The notes under the pieces are model-generated. The model was given only the letters and a program-made list of their open reading frames with translations. It made no database searches and had not been told where the DNA came from. 64,000 bases of DNA from contig CAVUWD010000019.1 of NCBI GenBank assembly GCA_963745025.1, positions 318,516 to 382,515 on the forward strand. Direction: 5' to 3'. Numbering within the stretch: position 1 is the stretch's first letter; every line of letters starts with the position of its first letter. This DNA is from an uncultured delta proteobacterium (GTDB lineage: Bacteria; Desulfobacterota; Binatia; JACPRU01). Positions 1-10,300 of the stretch are shown here, in pieces. The translations under genes were made by a program, and so were the position numbers.

Positions 1-135
1 CCTCCGTGGCCGATCTCGTAATGGAGTCCGTTTCCGCGAGAACCGCAGCGGAGAATTCCGGCAGCAGTCCCCGTTGGAGCATCGCTCGTCGAGCGATGCT
101 CCTGAGCCTGCTTCGAGCCGGAGTGGTCGTCCGAT

Positions 136-426
136 TCATCGGCGCCCGACGATATCCCTGAAAGCCGTCGCGCTCCAGATACAGAAGCGCGCCCGCTCGT
201 TCCACGTCGGCGTGCGGAAGGCTTGGTAGTGGCCGGCGCGCAGCGAGACGTGCTCGGAGGCGTGATAGAGGAACGCCGCCTTGGGGCTCACCGCGGTGCG
301 ATCACGATCGCCGAACTGCCGATCGACGACCGTGTCGCCGGCAGCTCGGTCGCGCTCGAGCCGGAAGAGGTCGACCCAGAAGATGAATTTGCCCCATGAC
401 TTGATCGCCGCATTGACCGAGCCCAC
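136..426 (-). pseudogene. TonB-dependent receptor beta-barrel fragment
   Basis: Internal segment AVSPKAAFLYHASEHVSLRAGHYQAFRTPTWNE matches the TBDR SPK...SLR...FRxP motif; no credible start or end. Confidence 0.5.
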
Positions 427-476
427 CCAAGATCGCGCGTCGCGCCGTCAGGTGCAAGAGTGCCGAGACTGGGAGA

Positions 477-956
477 TCAAGCGCCGGGCGCCGACAATTT
501 CGCCGCTTCTCGAATCAGGATGTCGCGAACCAGTTCTGTCGTCTTGCCTACCAGCCGAATGCATCTCGCGAGCTTTTCAGGCGAAGCGATATAGGCCTTG
601 ACCTCTTCGGGCTTGGTGAAATCCGTGCCGGTGATGTCTCGGCAAAAGTGGCTGCATTCGATCTCGGTCGCGAAGCGACGGTAAAGCTCGGCGCACAGCG
701 GGAAGAGCTTGCCGTCTTCCTTTTCCTCCAGCTTTCCCTTGCCGTATCTGGAGCTAAGCGCTGCCACGCCGCCGACAATCGCCCCGCACACCGAGCCCAA
801 CCCGCCGATTCCGCCACCGAAACCGCCCATCATCCGTACGGCATCCGCGTCCTCCTCCCCCAAAATCTCCTGCACGACCTGCAGGACGGTCTGGCTTCAA
901 TGATAGCCGTTCTTGATGCAGAAGGTCGTCCGCTCCGTAATGTTGATGTCCTTCAA
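477..956 (-). CDS. C-GCAxxG-C-C family redox (seleno)protein with in-frame UGA (Sec) at 897-899
   Basis: ORFs 897..1226 and 477..875 are in one frame; readthrough gives KNGYH-U-SQTVLQ...SVCGAIVGG...HFCRDI...ARC, with UGA at the first conserved Cys; AGGAGG RBS upstream of TTG at 956. Confidence 0.85.
868..886 (-). promoter_or_regulatory. Bacterial SECIS hairpin
   Basis: UCCUGCA-GGUCG-UGCAGGA, a 7-bp stem starting 10 nt after the UGA; resembles the E. coli fdhF SECIS core UGCAGGUCUGCA. Confidence 0.8.
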
Positions 957-1015
957 CTTTATGGTTTCCTCCTGCCTGCCGCGAGGCGATTGTCGAGAGC
1001 TGTCGATCAAAGGCA

Positions 1016-1032
1016 AGCACCATTCGTGCCAG
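1016..1032 (-). promoter_or_regulatory. Putative sigma-54 promoter
   Basis: CTGGCACGAATGGTGCT versus consensus YTGGCACG-N4-TTGCW, about 60 bp upstream of the selenoprotein start. Confidence 0.55.
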
Positions 1033-1361
1033 CGAGGTTGTCGGTTCAGCGCGATAGAAACCGCAATCGGACCGTGCTCGCCGAAGCATTGATCCGCGCG
1101 TCGCGGCTCACTATGACGCTCTTGGCGCCAGATCGGCTGCAAGTGTTGACTCCGCCGGAACCACGAAGCCGTAGCCACGCGCTGCCCGCTCAAGCACGAG
1201 CAAGCCGTTGGGGAAGCGGATTTCAACGGCCCGCTTCCTCTCTCTCGTCTCCCCCTAGCAGCGGTGAGCCCGATGGCGACGCCTGCTTGATCAAGATTCC
1301 GATGGTCAAGGAGAGCGCAACATCCGGAACTTCTTCAACACGAGCTCTCAGTCACAGGGAG

Positions 1362-1784
1362 TCAAGATGCGCGCAGCGCGACCAAGATCCCCATCCAGAA
1401 CATACAGACCGCCTGGGTGAGGAAGAAGGCGAAACGGACTCCCACCACCGTCGTCGTCGGCTGCAAGACGATGTGGACGGTCGTCTGGCAAACACGCGCG
1501 ACGAGGAGAACGACGGCGAGCGCGTCGAGCACTGGAGAACTAGCACCGCTCGTCACGATCGCGACCACGACCGCGCCGTAGACGGGCAGGTTCTCGATGC
1601 AGTTCGCGTGTGCCCGCATCGCTCGCCGATACCAGTCCGCCCCGTGCGGCACGTCGGCGACGAACTCAGTGATCCTGGCGCGTCCCGTGAGGATCCGGCT
1701 CCAGCGGTAGACGCCAATGCTTCCGAAGAGCGTGACCAGGGTCCAGCCTGCGAAGCCAAGGAGCACCCAAACGGGAACACTCAT
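1362..1784 (-). CDS. MAPEG family membrane protein
   Basis: RAMRAHANCIENLPVY motif, four hydrophobic helices. Confidence 0.85.
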   Translation of the reverse strand: MSVPVWVLLGFAGWTLVTLFGSIGVYRWSRILTGRARITEFVADVPHGADWYRRAMRAHANCIENLPVYGAVVVAIVTSGASSPVLDALAVVLLVARVCQTTVHIVLQPTTTVVGVRFAFFLTQAVCMFWMGILVALRAS

Positions 1785-1817
1785 GAAAGGATCATCTCCG
1801 CGGTACTCGCCGAGGCG

Positions 1818-3227
1818 TCACCCGCGGTAGGGACAGTCGCCGCGCTGGAGGTTCCCCATGGCGTCGTAGGTCGCGTACTTGTACATGTCCGACAGGCTGG
1901 GATAGTTGAAGCAGGTGTCGATGAAGGTGGCGGTCGTGGCCCCCATCGTCATGCCGACGAGACCGCTCGCGATCAGCTCACAGGCATTCTCGCCGATCAT
2001 GTGCACCCCCAGCAGCTGCTCCTCCGGGAGGGAGAACACCAGCTTCAGCAGGCCCCAGCGCTCCCCGATCAGCGCTCCACGAGGGTTCTGCTGGTACCGG
2101 CAGCGCCCGGCGACGTAGGGACGCCTCTTCGCGCGCAGGCTCTCCTCCGTCTCTCCCACCATGGACAGCTCGGGGATGGTCCACACACCGATCGGCAGCT
2201 GTCGCGCGATGCCGGTCTTGTACTTCAGGTCGAAGGCGTTCACCATCGCCATCCGCGCCTGCTCCATGGCGGTCGAGGACAGAGCCAGGCCGCCGATCAC
2301 GTCACCGGCGGCATAGATGTGCGGCACGTTCGTCTGGAACCGCTCGTTGACCTCGAGCTGGCGGTGCTCGTTGAGCCGGACCCCGGCGCGGTCGAGTCCG
2401 AGCCCCTCCACGTTGCTCCGACGGCCGAGCGCCATCAGCACCGCCTCGGCCTCGAGCCTCCGCCCGTCCTGGAGGACCACGACGGGCACGTCGCGCCCGT
2501 CGACCTCGGCGACGTGCTGTGGCATCAGCAACTCGACCCCGATCGATTCCATCGCCTCCTGGAGCATGGTGGCGACCTCGGCATCGGCGAACGGCAGGAG
2601 CCGGTCGCCCGCGTTGATCACGCGGACATGGTCCAGGCCAAGGACCTTGAACAGGCAGGCGTACTCGCACCCGATTGTCCCGCCGCCGATGATTGCCAGT
2701 GACCGTGGGAGCCGGGTCATCTCGAGGATGGTGTCGGAGTCGTAAACACGCGGGTCGTCGAACGGAATCGTCGCGGGACGGATCGGCCGCGAGCCCGTGG
2801 CGATGAGAACGATCTGCCCGTGCAACAGGGTCTGGGTGTCCTCGTCGACGACCTTTACGGTGTGGGCGTCGACGAACGAGGCGACGCCGCGATAGACATC
2901 GACGTGATGGCGGTCGAGGTTGGTCCCGACCCACTCGCTGAGCGCCTCGCGGACGACACGGCCGCGACGCATGAATGCGTCCACGGTGATCGTTCCATCG
3001 TAGCTGAGCCGGATGCCGTGCAGGTCGCGGCCCCGGAGGCCCGAGAGGTAGAGCGCGGTCTCGCGCATGGCCTTGCCCGGAATTCCAGTGTTGGCCACCG
3101 CGCCCCCGAGACGCGATGCGCGCTCGATCAGCGCCACCCTCTTGCCGAAGTAGGCGGCCTGAGCGGCGCCCTTCTCGCCGCCGGGTCCGGAGCCGATCAC
3201 GACGAGATCGTAAGTCGCTCTTTCCAT
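1818..3227 (-). CDS. sthA: Soluble pyridine nucleotide transhydrogenase-like flavoprotein
   Basis: GSGPGGEKGAAQAAYFGK, VYDSDTIL and C-terminal FNYPSLSDMYKYATYDA typical of SthA. Confidence 0.8.
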   Translation of the reverse strand: MERATYDLVVIGSGPGGEKGAAQAAYFGKRVALIERASRLGGAVANTGIPGKAMRETALYLSGLRGRDLHGIRLSYDGTITVDAFMRRGRVVREALSEWVGTNLDRHHVDVYRGVASFVDAHTVKVVDEDTQTLLHGQIVLIATGSRPIRPATIPFDDPRVYDSDTILEMTRLPRSLAIIGGGTIGCEYACLFKVLGLDHVRVINAGDRLLPFADAEVATMLQEAMESIGVELLMPQHVAEVDGRDVPVVVLQDGRRLEAEAVLMALGRRSNVEGLGLDRAGVRLNEHRQLEVNERFQTNVPHIYAAGDVIGGLALSSTAMEQARMAMVNAFDLKYKTGIARQLPIGVWTIPELSMVGETEESLRAKRRPYVAGRCRYQQNPRGALIGERWGLLKLVFSLPEEQLLGVHMIGENACELIASGLVGMTMGATTATFIDTCFNYPSLSDMYKYATYDAMGNLQRGDCPYRG

Positions 3228-3526
3228 CGCTGGCTATCTTAGTCGAATCGGCTCACCGAGATCATCAGCGTTTCGTTAGCCGGAATTGCCGGAACCGGAC
3301 CCGGCGATGAAAGCGAATACGATAAAATATCGGTCAGCGATGACGGACGATTCGTTAGTTTCACCTCTTCTCGTGAAGGAGTCAGCGTAGGAAGCGCCCC
3401 CGACTCGTCGTCGGGAACCTGAATTGAGAACCTGATTTGACGACGAAGTTACCACGTGCTTGTGTAAGCTAAGTGCCCAGACGCGATGTTGTGTGCGCAT
3501 CACTCTATCGAACCATGGAGTAGACC

Positions 3527-3736
3527 ATGAAGCTAAGCGCTCGCAATGTACTCAAGGCCAAGGTGAAATCTGTGAAGCACGGCGCCGTGAACTCGGAGGT
3601 GATACTGGAACTCGCCGGCGGAGCGGAAATCGTTTCGATCATCACGAGCTCTTCCGCGAAACACCTCGGTCTGAGGCGGGGAGGCGAGGCATATGCGGTG
3701 ATCAAAGCGTCGAACGTGATCATCGCCACCGACTGA
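3527..3736 (+). CDS. Mop/TOBE molybdate-binding protein (molbindin)
   Basis: MKLSARN...SIIT..S...LGL..G..AYAVIKASNV, 69 aa, GGAG RBS. Confidence 0.9.
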   Translation: MKLSARNVLKAKVKSVKHGAVNSEVILELAGGAEIVSIITSSSAKHLGLRRGGEAYAVIKASNVIIATD

Positions 3737-3874
3737 TCCGCCGCTCAAGCCGAAAACTGCCTCCGCGACTCTTACGCGCCCGCGACCTGCACTGATCGGC
3801 GCCCGCCCGCCGGCACGGGGTCGGGCACCCTCGACGCCGCGCACCCCTGTCGCAAACCCTCGCCGGAGCGCGCC

Positions 3875-5464
3875 CTAGATCAGCAGGTCCCAATCCGTGT
3901 AGGAGAGGAGGGCCCGTCGCGTCGCTTCCTTTACGCGCAAATCGAAGAAGTCGATCGGATTGTAGTCGTCGGACAGCGTGATGGCCGGAGTGCGGTCGGG
4001 AAAAGAGAATTCCTTCCCCAACACCGCGCCGATGAGAGGCTCGGCCAGGTGGTGAACCGGGAAATCTTTGACCCGCTGCGGGTCGAACGAAAGCGAGCCG
4101 TCGTCGTAGGCGATCAGCGCGATGTTCTGGGGATCGGCGCCGCCGGCCGGATCGAGGTTCGGATAGGCCTTCACCGTTCCGAAGACCTGCGCGAGAGTCC
4201 CGACGATGGACGCTGTCATGAATGGTTCTCGTTGCAAGCTGCCGACCAGGTTGATGGCGACGATGCCCTTCTTGGTGAGTCTCTCGTGCAGGAGCCGGAA
4301 TGCCTCGAGGCTCATCACATGGGACGGAGCCCAGTCGCCGCCGGCGACGTCCACGATGATGTAGTCGTACTTCTTGTCCGACGTGGCCAGATGGTACCGC
4401 GCGTCGGAAATGATCACGTCTCCCGAGATCCTGAACCCGAAGAACTTCCCGGCGATGTCCGCGATCGCCGGGTTGATGTCGACCACGTCCGTGCGGATGC
4501 CGCGCGCCTCGAACCACATCGGGATGACTCCCGCGCCCAGGCCGAGGACAAGGCAATTCTTCCCGGCCGGATTGATCCCGTAGGGCAGGAATTCCATCAG
4601 GTACGGGTACTCGTACGCGGACAGTCCGTTCGCCATGTCCACGCCGCTCTGGATCAGGCCGTCGATCGCCAACTCGCGGATGTGGCGGTCTCCGTTGGAG
4701 TAATCGAGGACCTTGAGACTTCCGTAGAAGCTGTCCGCCACGAACACTTCGGCCACCTTGGTCCCGTTCGCCTGGATCTTCTCGCGCAGCCCCGGCATCC
4801 GAAAGATGAAGCACGGCAGGATCAAGAGCCCGAGAAAAAACAGCCTTTTCCGGAAGACCGTGAAGTAGGCGACGGACAGGCAGATCAGCGACAGGCCGAC
4901 GAATTCGAAGATGCGGTCCACCCGGAAGTACGCGATCAGCACGAAGCCGGTGAGTACCGTGCCGAGGAAGCTTCCGATCGTCGATACGGCGTAGAAGAGA
5001 CCGACGGTTCGGCCGATGTTCGTCATCTCGCGGGCGGCAATCCTCACGATATAGGGAGACACGCAGCCGAGGAGAAAAAGAGAAGGCCCGAACAGCAGCG
5101 TGGCGCTGACGAGTGAACCCGTGCGCAGACCGAAGGACATGCAGGCCTTGAGGACGGACGGCTTCAGGTGGGGGATCAGAAGAACCAGGAACCCGGCGAC
5201 CAGGATGATTCCGTAGAGGTACACCGGGTCGCTCTTCCGGTCCGACAACAGGCCGCCCGCGGCATAGCCCAGGGCCAGGGCGACCAGAGTGACCGTGATC
5301 AACGATGTCCATACGAACAGGCTGACCCCGAAGAAGGGTCCGACAACTTTCGAGCCGAGAACCTCGATGACCATCACCAGCCCGCCGCAGAGAACGGACG
5401 TGACGACCAGGAAGAACAGGAAAACCGGCGAATCGGATCCTGGGTGGCCCGGAGGCGGATTCAC
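3875..5464 (-). CDS. Fused membrane domain / spermidine synthase-like SAM-dependent protein
   Basis: N-terminal TM helices (PFFGVSLFVWTSLI), LVLGLGAG SAM motif, C-terminal LSDDYNPI. Confidence 0.85.
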   Translation of the reverse strand: MNPPPGHPGSDSPVFLFFLVVTSVLCGGLVMVIEVLGSKVVGPFFGVSLFVWTSLITVTLVALALGYAAGGLLSDRKSDPVYLYGIILVAGFLVLLIPHLKPSVLKACMSFGLRTGSLVSATLLFGPSLFLLGCVSPYIVRIAAREMTNIGRTVGLFYAVSTIGSFLGTVLTGFVLIAYFRVDRIFEFVGLSLICLSVAYFTVFRKRLFFLGLLILPCFIFRMPGLREKIQANGTKVAEVFVADSFYGSLKVLDYSNGDRHIRELAIDGLIQSGVDMANGLSAYEYPYLMEFLPYGINPAGKNCLVLGLGAGVIPMWFEARGIRTDVVDINPAIADIAGKFFGFRISGDVIISDARYHLATSDKKYDYIIVDVAGGDWAPSHVMSLEAFRLLHERLTKKGIVAINLVGSLQREPFMTASIVGTLAQVFGTVKAYPNLDPAGGADPQNIALIAYDDGSLSFDPQRVKDFPVHHLAEPLIGAVLGKEFSFPDRTPAITLSDDYNPIDFFDLRVKEATRRALLSYTDWDLLI

Positions 5465-5589
5465 CGGGGCTTCCCGTCCCGGAGGATTACTTCTCTTGCC
5501 GTCCGGTCGGGACGAGCCGCCATGCGCGCGTGCTACCGATTCCGTTCCGCGAGCGCAAGCGGCCTGGCCTGCGACAGATTTGTGGTCCG

Positions 5590-5747
5590 GCGTTCTTGAG
5601 GAGGATGTAGCCCGCGCGGAGGTTCTCGGGCACGCGCGATAGGTCCCCGACGGTGGGCGGATTGCCCTTCCCCGGGAGGTCCGCGAAGTCGCCGCGCGCG
5701 ATCGCCTCGCGGATCCGCACCTCCGCGATGCGGGCGAGGAGATTCAT
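5590..5747 (-). pseudogene. DUF1992 (DnaJ-associated) protein, 3'-truncated
   Basis: IAEVRIREAIARGDFADLPGKG...LRAGYILLKNAG, then homology stops; ATGA overlap with the upstream gene. Confidence 0.7.
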
Positions 5748-6331
5748 GCGCCCCGCGACCACTCGATCGCCTGCTCGAGGCGGTCGTTCCCCCAGAAGAG
5801 CTCGCCGCGCGCGACGAAGCTCGGCGCGCCGAAGACGCCGAGCGCGGCCGCTGCTTCCGTCTGCCGGCGGAGCTTCTCCCTATTGCCCGGAGCGAGCGCG
5901 CGGGCGATCGTTTCGGCCGCGGGCATGCCGATCGCCGCGAGGATCGCGCCGATCGTCGCTTCGGTGGCGATGTCGCGGTCCTCGGCGAAGTTCGCGAAGT
6001 AGGCCCGCCGCGTGAACTCCGGCACCCACGGCTCGCCGAGACTCGCGACGCGCGCGGCGAGGAGGCCGTTTCGCGGAAAGACGCTCGGACGCCGGAGCGT
6101 GAGCCCCTCCCGCGCGCAGAGCCGCTCCATGTCGCGCCACATGTAGCGGCCCTTCACCGGATAGAGGTTGAACGGCGAGTCGTTCCAGCCTTGCTTCTGG
6201 AAGATCGGGCCGAGGAGGAAGGGCTTCCACCGGACGTCCACGCCGGCCGCGCCGGCGAGGCGCTCGACCCGCATGGCGGCGAGATACGAGTACGTGCTCG
6301 CGAACTCGTACCAGAAGTCGAGCGTCGTCAT
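5744..6331 (-). CDS. 2-hydroxychromene-2-carboxylate isomerase / kappa-GST (DsbA fold)
   Basis: DFWYEFASTYSY and GVFGAPSF...FWGNDRL motifs. Confidence 0.9.
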   Translation of the reverse strand: MTTLDFWYEFASTYSYLAAMRVERLAGAAGVDVRWKPFLLGPIFQKQGWNDSPFNLYPVKGRYMWRDMERLCAREGLTLRRPSVFPRNGLLAARVASLGEPWVPEFTRRAYFANFAEDRDIATEATIGAILAAIGMPAAETIARALAPGNREKLRRQTEAAAALGVFGAPSFVARGELFWGNDRLEQAIEWSRGA

Positions 6332-6596
6332 CGCGGCCCCGATGATTCCATGCGCGGGGCGCAGACGGAAGTCGCCGGCCGGCTCGGAATCTCAGCCTCC
6401 CTCGGATTGCACTCCCTCCCAAGGTTCTGCCGGGGTCCCCACGGTATACTCGATGTCTGTCGGCTGATCCTGCCGGCAGGTCAACGAATGAATTTGTGAC
6501 CGGGGGAATCGGTGTCTCGCTTCGGTCGTCCTTGAGCCGCACCGAGCGCGGGGATAGTGTGCCTTCGCTTGTAGCCCGAGATCGAAAGGAGCCACC

Positions 6597-7517
6597 ATGT
6601 CCGAGATGCGCGAGATCACTGCCGGCCTGCAGTTTCCCGAAGGACCGATTGCGATGCCCGACGGGAGCGTAATCCTGGTCGAGATCAAGCGCGGCACGCT
6701 GTCGCACGTGACGCCGAACGGGAAAATCGAGGTAATCGCCGAGACCGGCGGCGGCCCGAACGGCGCGGCGATCGGGCCCGATGGCAAGGTGTACATCTGC
6801 AACGACGGCGGTTTCGAGTGGTCCGAGATCAACGGCCTGACGGTTCCCGGCCACCAGCCCCACGATTACAGCGGCGGCCGCATCGAGCGTGTCGACCTCA
6901 AGACCGGCAAGGTCGAGGTGCTCTACACGGAGTGCGACGGCCATCTGCTGCGCGGACCGAACGACATCGTCTTCGACCGGACCGGCGGATTCTGGTTCAC
7001 CGACCACGGCAAGGTCCGTGAGCGCGAGCGCGACCGAACCGGCGTCTACTACGCGAAGCCGGACGGATCGCTGATCCGTGAGGTGATCTTTCCGATCGAT
7101 TCGCCGAACGGTGTCGGCCTGTCGCCCGACGAGAAGACGCTCTACGTAGCGGAGACGTGGACCGGGCGGCTGTGGGCGTGGGACGTTCCCGCCCCGGGCC
7201 AGATCGCCCCGGGAAACCAGCCGTTCACTCCCGGCGGCGGCCACTTGCTCGCCGGTGTCCGGGGCTTCCAGCTCTTCGACTCGCTTGCGGTTGACTCCGC
7301 CGGTAACGTCTGCGTGGCGACGATCATCAACGGCGGCATCACCGTGGTTTCGCCAGATGGATCGAAGGTAGACCACGTGCCGATGCCCGACCCGCTCACC
7401 ACGAACGTCTGCTTTGGCGGACCGGATCTTAAGACCGCGTTCGTGACCCTCTCGGGAACCGGCAAGCTCGTCTCCATCCCGTGGCCACGCCCGGGGCTGC
7501 GCTTGAACTTCTGCTGA
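6597..7517 (+). CDS. SMP-30/gluconolactonase/LRE family protein
   Basis: FPEGP, GPND, SPNGVGLSPD, TNVCFGG motifs; AAGGAG RBS. Confidence 0.9.
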   Translation: MSEMREITAGLQFPEGPIAMPDGSVILVEIKRGTLSHVTPNGKIEVIAETGGGPNGAAIGPDGKVYICNDGGFEWSEINGLTVPGHQPHDYSGGRIERVDLKTGKVEVLYTECDGHLLRGPNDIVFDRTGGFWFTDHGKVRERERDRTGVYYAKPDGSLIREVIFPIDSPNGVGLSPDEKTLYVAETWTGRLWAWDVPAPGQIAPGNQPFTPGGGHLLAGVRGFQLFDSLAVDSAGNVCVATIINGGITVVSPDGSKVDHVPMPDPLTTNVCFGGPDLKTAFVTLSGTGKLVSIPWPRPGLRLNFC

Positions 7518-7544
7518 ACGGAACTGCCTGCTCGGCACCCCGGC

Positions 7545-7770
7545 AAGCTCGCGGGTCACGCAGGCGCTCGCTTTGGCGCGGCTGAAGGGCGAGGGCATCG
7601 CGCCGATTCCGGGCACCAAACGCGTGTCTCATCTGGTAGAGGACGTAGAGGGTGCGGACATGGCCTTGAGCGCGGCCGACGTCGCTCATCTCGACGAGCT
7701 GTTTGCGCCCGCCAACATCGTGGGCAAGCGTTATCCGCCGGCGCTCGCCGCATCCATCGACAGCGATTGA
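7545..7770 (+). pseudogene. Aldo/keto reductase C-terminal fragment
   Basis: PIPGTKRVSHLVED...GKRYP; 5' part absent. Confidence 0.7.
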
Positions 7771-7828
7771 AGGCGGGGCGCGCACCTGTCTCGCATGTGA
7801 ACCGGCGCCGCTTTCCCCTGCGGCGGGG

Positions 7829-7864
7829 TTGACACCACGGCGGCCGAAAGTATACAAGGTATAC
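7829..7864 (+). promoter_or_regulatory. Sigma-70 promoter overlapped by a palindromic TetR operator
   Basis: TTGACA at 7829; GTATAC-AAG-GTATAC at 7850-7864 directly before ATG 7865. Confidence 0.6.
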
Positions 7865-8530
7865 ATGGTGAAGATCGCGACAAGGACACGCATCCTCACC
7901 GAGGCGCAGGAGGTAGTGACCGAACAAGGCGCAAGCGCCGTGACCATGCGGGGCGTCGCGGCACGCGTCGGCGTGACTCCCATGGCGCTCTACCGCCATT
8001 TCCCGAACCGCGAGGCGCTGCTCGGAGCGATCGTCGAGGAGGCGCAGGCGACCTTTCTCCACCACCTCCAACGGGCGATGGCGGAGCCTACGGCGGCTGC
8101 ACGCTTGCTCGCGTCGGGCCAGCAGTACCTCGCCTTCGCGCTCGGTCACCCACGGCGCTACGCCGTGCTGTTCATGGAGGTCCAGCCTGTGGCTCCGGCC
8201 GCGGCGCCGGGGGATTATGCCTGGCAGAACGCCGCGACCTTTCGGTTCTTGGTCGACCGCATCCGCGACTGCGCCGCCGAGGGCGTGCTCCGAATCGACG
8301 ACCCCGAGGAGGCCGCCCTGACCGTCTGGGCTCACGTGCACGGACTGGTCTCGCTCTACCTGGCCGGGAAGCTGCCGATCAGTGAGGCCCGTTTCCGCAC
8401 CATCTACGAACACTCTGTACTCGATCTCGTCCGCGCCTTCGGCTGGCGAGGAGTGGCGGCCGTGGTTAGACGTCGAGCCGATAAGCCGATGAGTCTACGC
8501 CGTATACGCAAAGGAGGATCCGCCCGATGA
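7865..8530 (+). CDS. TetR/AcrR family regulator (WHG-type C-terminus)
   Basis: HTH VTMRGVAARVGVTPMALYRHFPNR; WAHVHG. Confidence 0.9.
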   Translation: MVKIATRTRILTEAQEVVTEQGASAVTMRGVAARVGVTPMALYRHFPNREALLGAIVEEAQATFLHHLQRAMAEPTAAARLLASGQQYLAFALGHPRRYAVLFMEVQPVAPAAAPGDYAWQNAATFRFLVDRIRDCAAEGVLRIDDPEEAALTVWAHVHGLVSLYLAGKLPISEARFRTIYEHSVLDLVRAFGWRGVAAVVRRRADKPMSLRRIRKGGSAR

Positions 8531-10140
8531 CACGAATCGGCGAGCCGTGGCGCCCGGGCGCCGCGCAAGAACACTGGGACGCGGTCGTGATCGGCTCCGG
8601 CATCGGCGGGCTCGCCGCGGCAGCGCTGCTCGCGCGCCACGGCAAGCGCCGCGTGCTCGTGCTCGAGCGCCACTACACGGCGGGCGGCTTCACCCACGTC
8701 TTCCGGCGGCCGGGCTACGAGTGGGACGTCGGCGTCCACTACATCGGCGACGTGCACCAAGGCGGCATGCTCCGCCGAATCTTCGACGACGTGACCGACG
8801 GTGCGCTCGCGTGGGCGGACATGGGCGACGTCTACGACTGCGTCGCCATGGGCGGGGAGCGCTTCGAGTTCCCGCGCGGCCGCGCCGCGCTCGAGGCCGA
8901 GATCGCCCGCCGCTTCCCGAACGAGCGCGATGCCATCCACCGCTACTTCGAGCTCGTCATGGAGACGGTCGACGTCATGCAGGCCTTCTTCCAGGCGAAG
9001 GCCATGCCGGCGCTGCTCGCACCGCTGGCGCGGCCCCTGGCCCGTCGGCGCTTCGCCGGGCTCGCGGCGCGCACCACACGCGAGGTCCTGGAGTCGCTGA
9101 CCGCGAACCAGCGGCTGATCGGCGTCCTTACGGCGCAGTGGGGCGACTACGGCCTCCCGCCGGCGGCGAGCAGCTTCGCGATCCACGCGCTCGTGGCCCA
9201 GCACTACTTTGCCGGCGGGTCTTATCCTGTCGGCGGCGCGGCCCGGATCGCGGAGACGATCCTTCCCGTCATCGCGGCGAGCGGTGGGCGCGTGCTCATC
9301 AACGCCGAGGTCGGCGCGATCGTCCTCGAGGGACGCCGCGCGGTCGGTGTCCGCATGGCGGAGACCGGTGAGGTCATCCGCGCGCCGCTCGTCGTGAGCG
9401 ACGCCGGGGTTGCCAACACCTTCGGCCGCCTGCTCCCGGCCGACCTGCCCGCCGTATCGGCGATTCGCGCCGACCTGCGCTCGGCGCCGCCTTCGACGGC
9501 GCACGTCGCGCTCTACGTCGGCCTTCGCGGCACGGCGCGCGACCTCGGCCTGCCGCGCGCGAATCTGTGGGTCCACCCCGACGAGCACCACGAGCGGGCG
9601 GTTGCCGCCGCGGCGGCGGCGCCGTTGGCGCCGGGCTCCGCATTCATCTCCTTCCCGTCGGCCAAGGATCCCGACTTCGACCGCCGGTATCCCGGGCGCG
9701 CCACCGTCGAGGTCGCGGCATTCGTGCCGTGGACGGCATTCTCACGCTGGGATGGCACGCGCTGGCACAAGCGGGGCGCCGACTACGATGCCGCCAAAGC
9801 GCGTCTCGCGGCGCACCTCCTCGGCCTGCTCGACGCCCACGTGCCCGAGGTGCGGGGTCACGTGGAGCACGCCGAGCTCTCGACGCCGCTCAGCACCCGC
9901 CACTTCGCCGCCCACCCGCACGGCGAGGTCTACGGCCTCGCGCACGACCCGGCGCGCTTCCGCCGCGCCTGGCTCCGGCCGCGCACGCCCGTGCGCGGGC
10001 TCTTTCTCACTGGCGCCGACGTCGCGACCGCTGGCGTCGGCGGCGCGCTCATGGGCGCCGTGATGTGCGCCTCGGCGATCCTCCGCCGCAACATGGTGCA
10101 GGCCGTCGGTCGCGAGTCTCCTGCCCGCCGCGCCGCGTGA
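8527..10140 (+). CDS. Phytoene desaturase / retinol saturase-like FAD oxidoreductase
   Basis: GSGIGG dinucleotide fold, WDVGVHYIG, STPLST..F, GLFLTGAD; ATGA-coupled to the TetR gene. Confidence 0.85.
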   Translation: MTRIGEPWRPGAAQEHWDAVVIGSGIGGLAAAALLARHGKRRVLVLERHYTAGGFTHVFRRPGYEWDVGVHYIGDVHQGGMLRRIFDDVTDGALAWADMGDVYDCVAMGGERFEFPRGRAALEAEIARRFPNERDAIHRYFELVMETVDVMQAFFQAKAMPALLAPLARPLARRRFAGLAARTTREVLESLTANQRLIGVLTAQWGDYGLPPAASSFAIHALVAQHYFAGGSYPVGGAARIAETILPVIAASGGRVLINAEVGAIVLEGRRAVGVRMAETGEVIRAPLVVSDAGVANTFGRLLPADLPAVSAIRADLRSAPPSTAHVALYVGLRGTARDLGLPRANLWVHPDEHHERAVAAAAAAPLAPGSAFISFPSAKDPDFDRRYPGRATVEVAAFVPWTAFSRWDGTRWHKRGADYDAAKARLAAHLLGLLDAHVPEVRGHVEHAELSTPLSTRHFAAHPHGEVYGLAHDPARFRRAWLRPRTPVRGLFLTGADVATAGVGGALMGAVMCASAILRRNMVQAVGRESPARRAA

Positions 10141-10300
10141 ACCGCTCTGGAACCGACCGCGTCGAAGAATGACCATCCGCCGCCTACGTGCCGACGTGTC
10201 TTCCCTGCGCGTCAGGCGTGCCCGTCTGCGCTCTTGCGGCGAGCCGTCCGCGATGCTCGCACGGGGGCGGGTCGTCGTTGCGCAGTCATGATGTCAGCGC

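Noticed and set aside
648-2702. 684-aa + strand ORF and similar long ORFs (3720..5312, 5880..7619, 14656..16218, 36006..37904, 55261..56595)
   Set aside because: Antisense or off-frame shadows of well-supported genes in GC-rich DNA; no recognisable motifs
3484-3511. ModE-like operator upstream of the molbindin gene
   Set aside because: Only a weak imperfect inverted repeat; cannot be distinguished from chance
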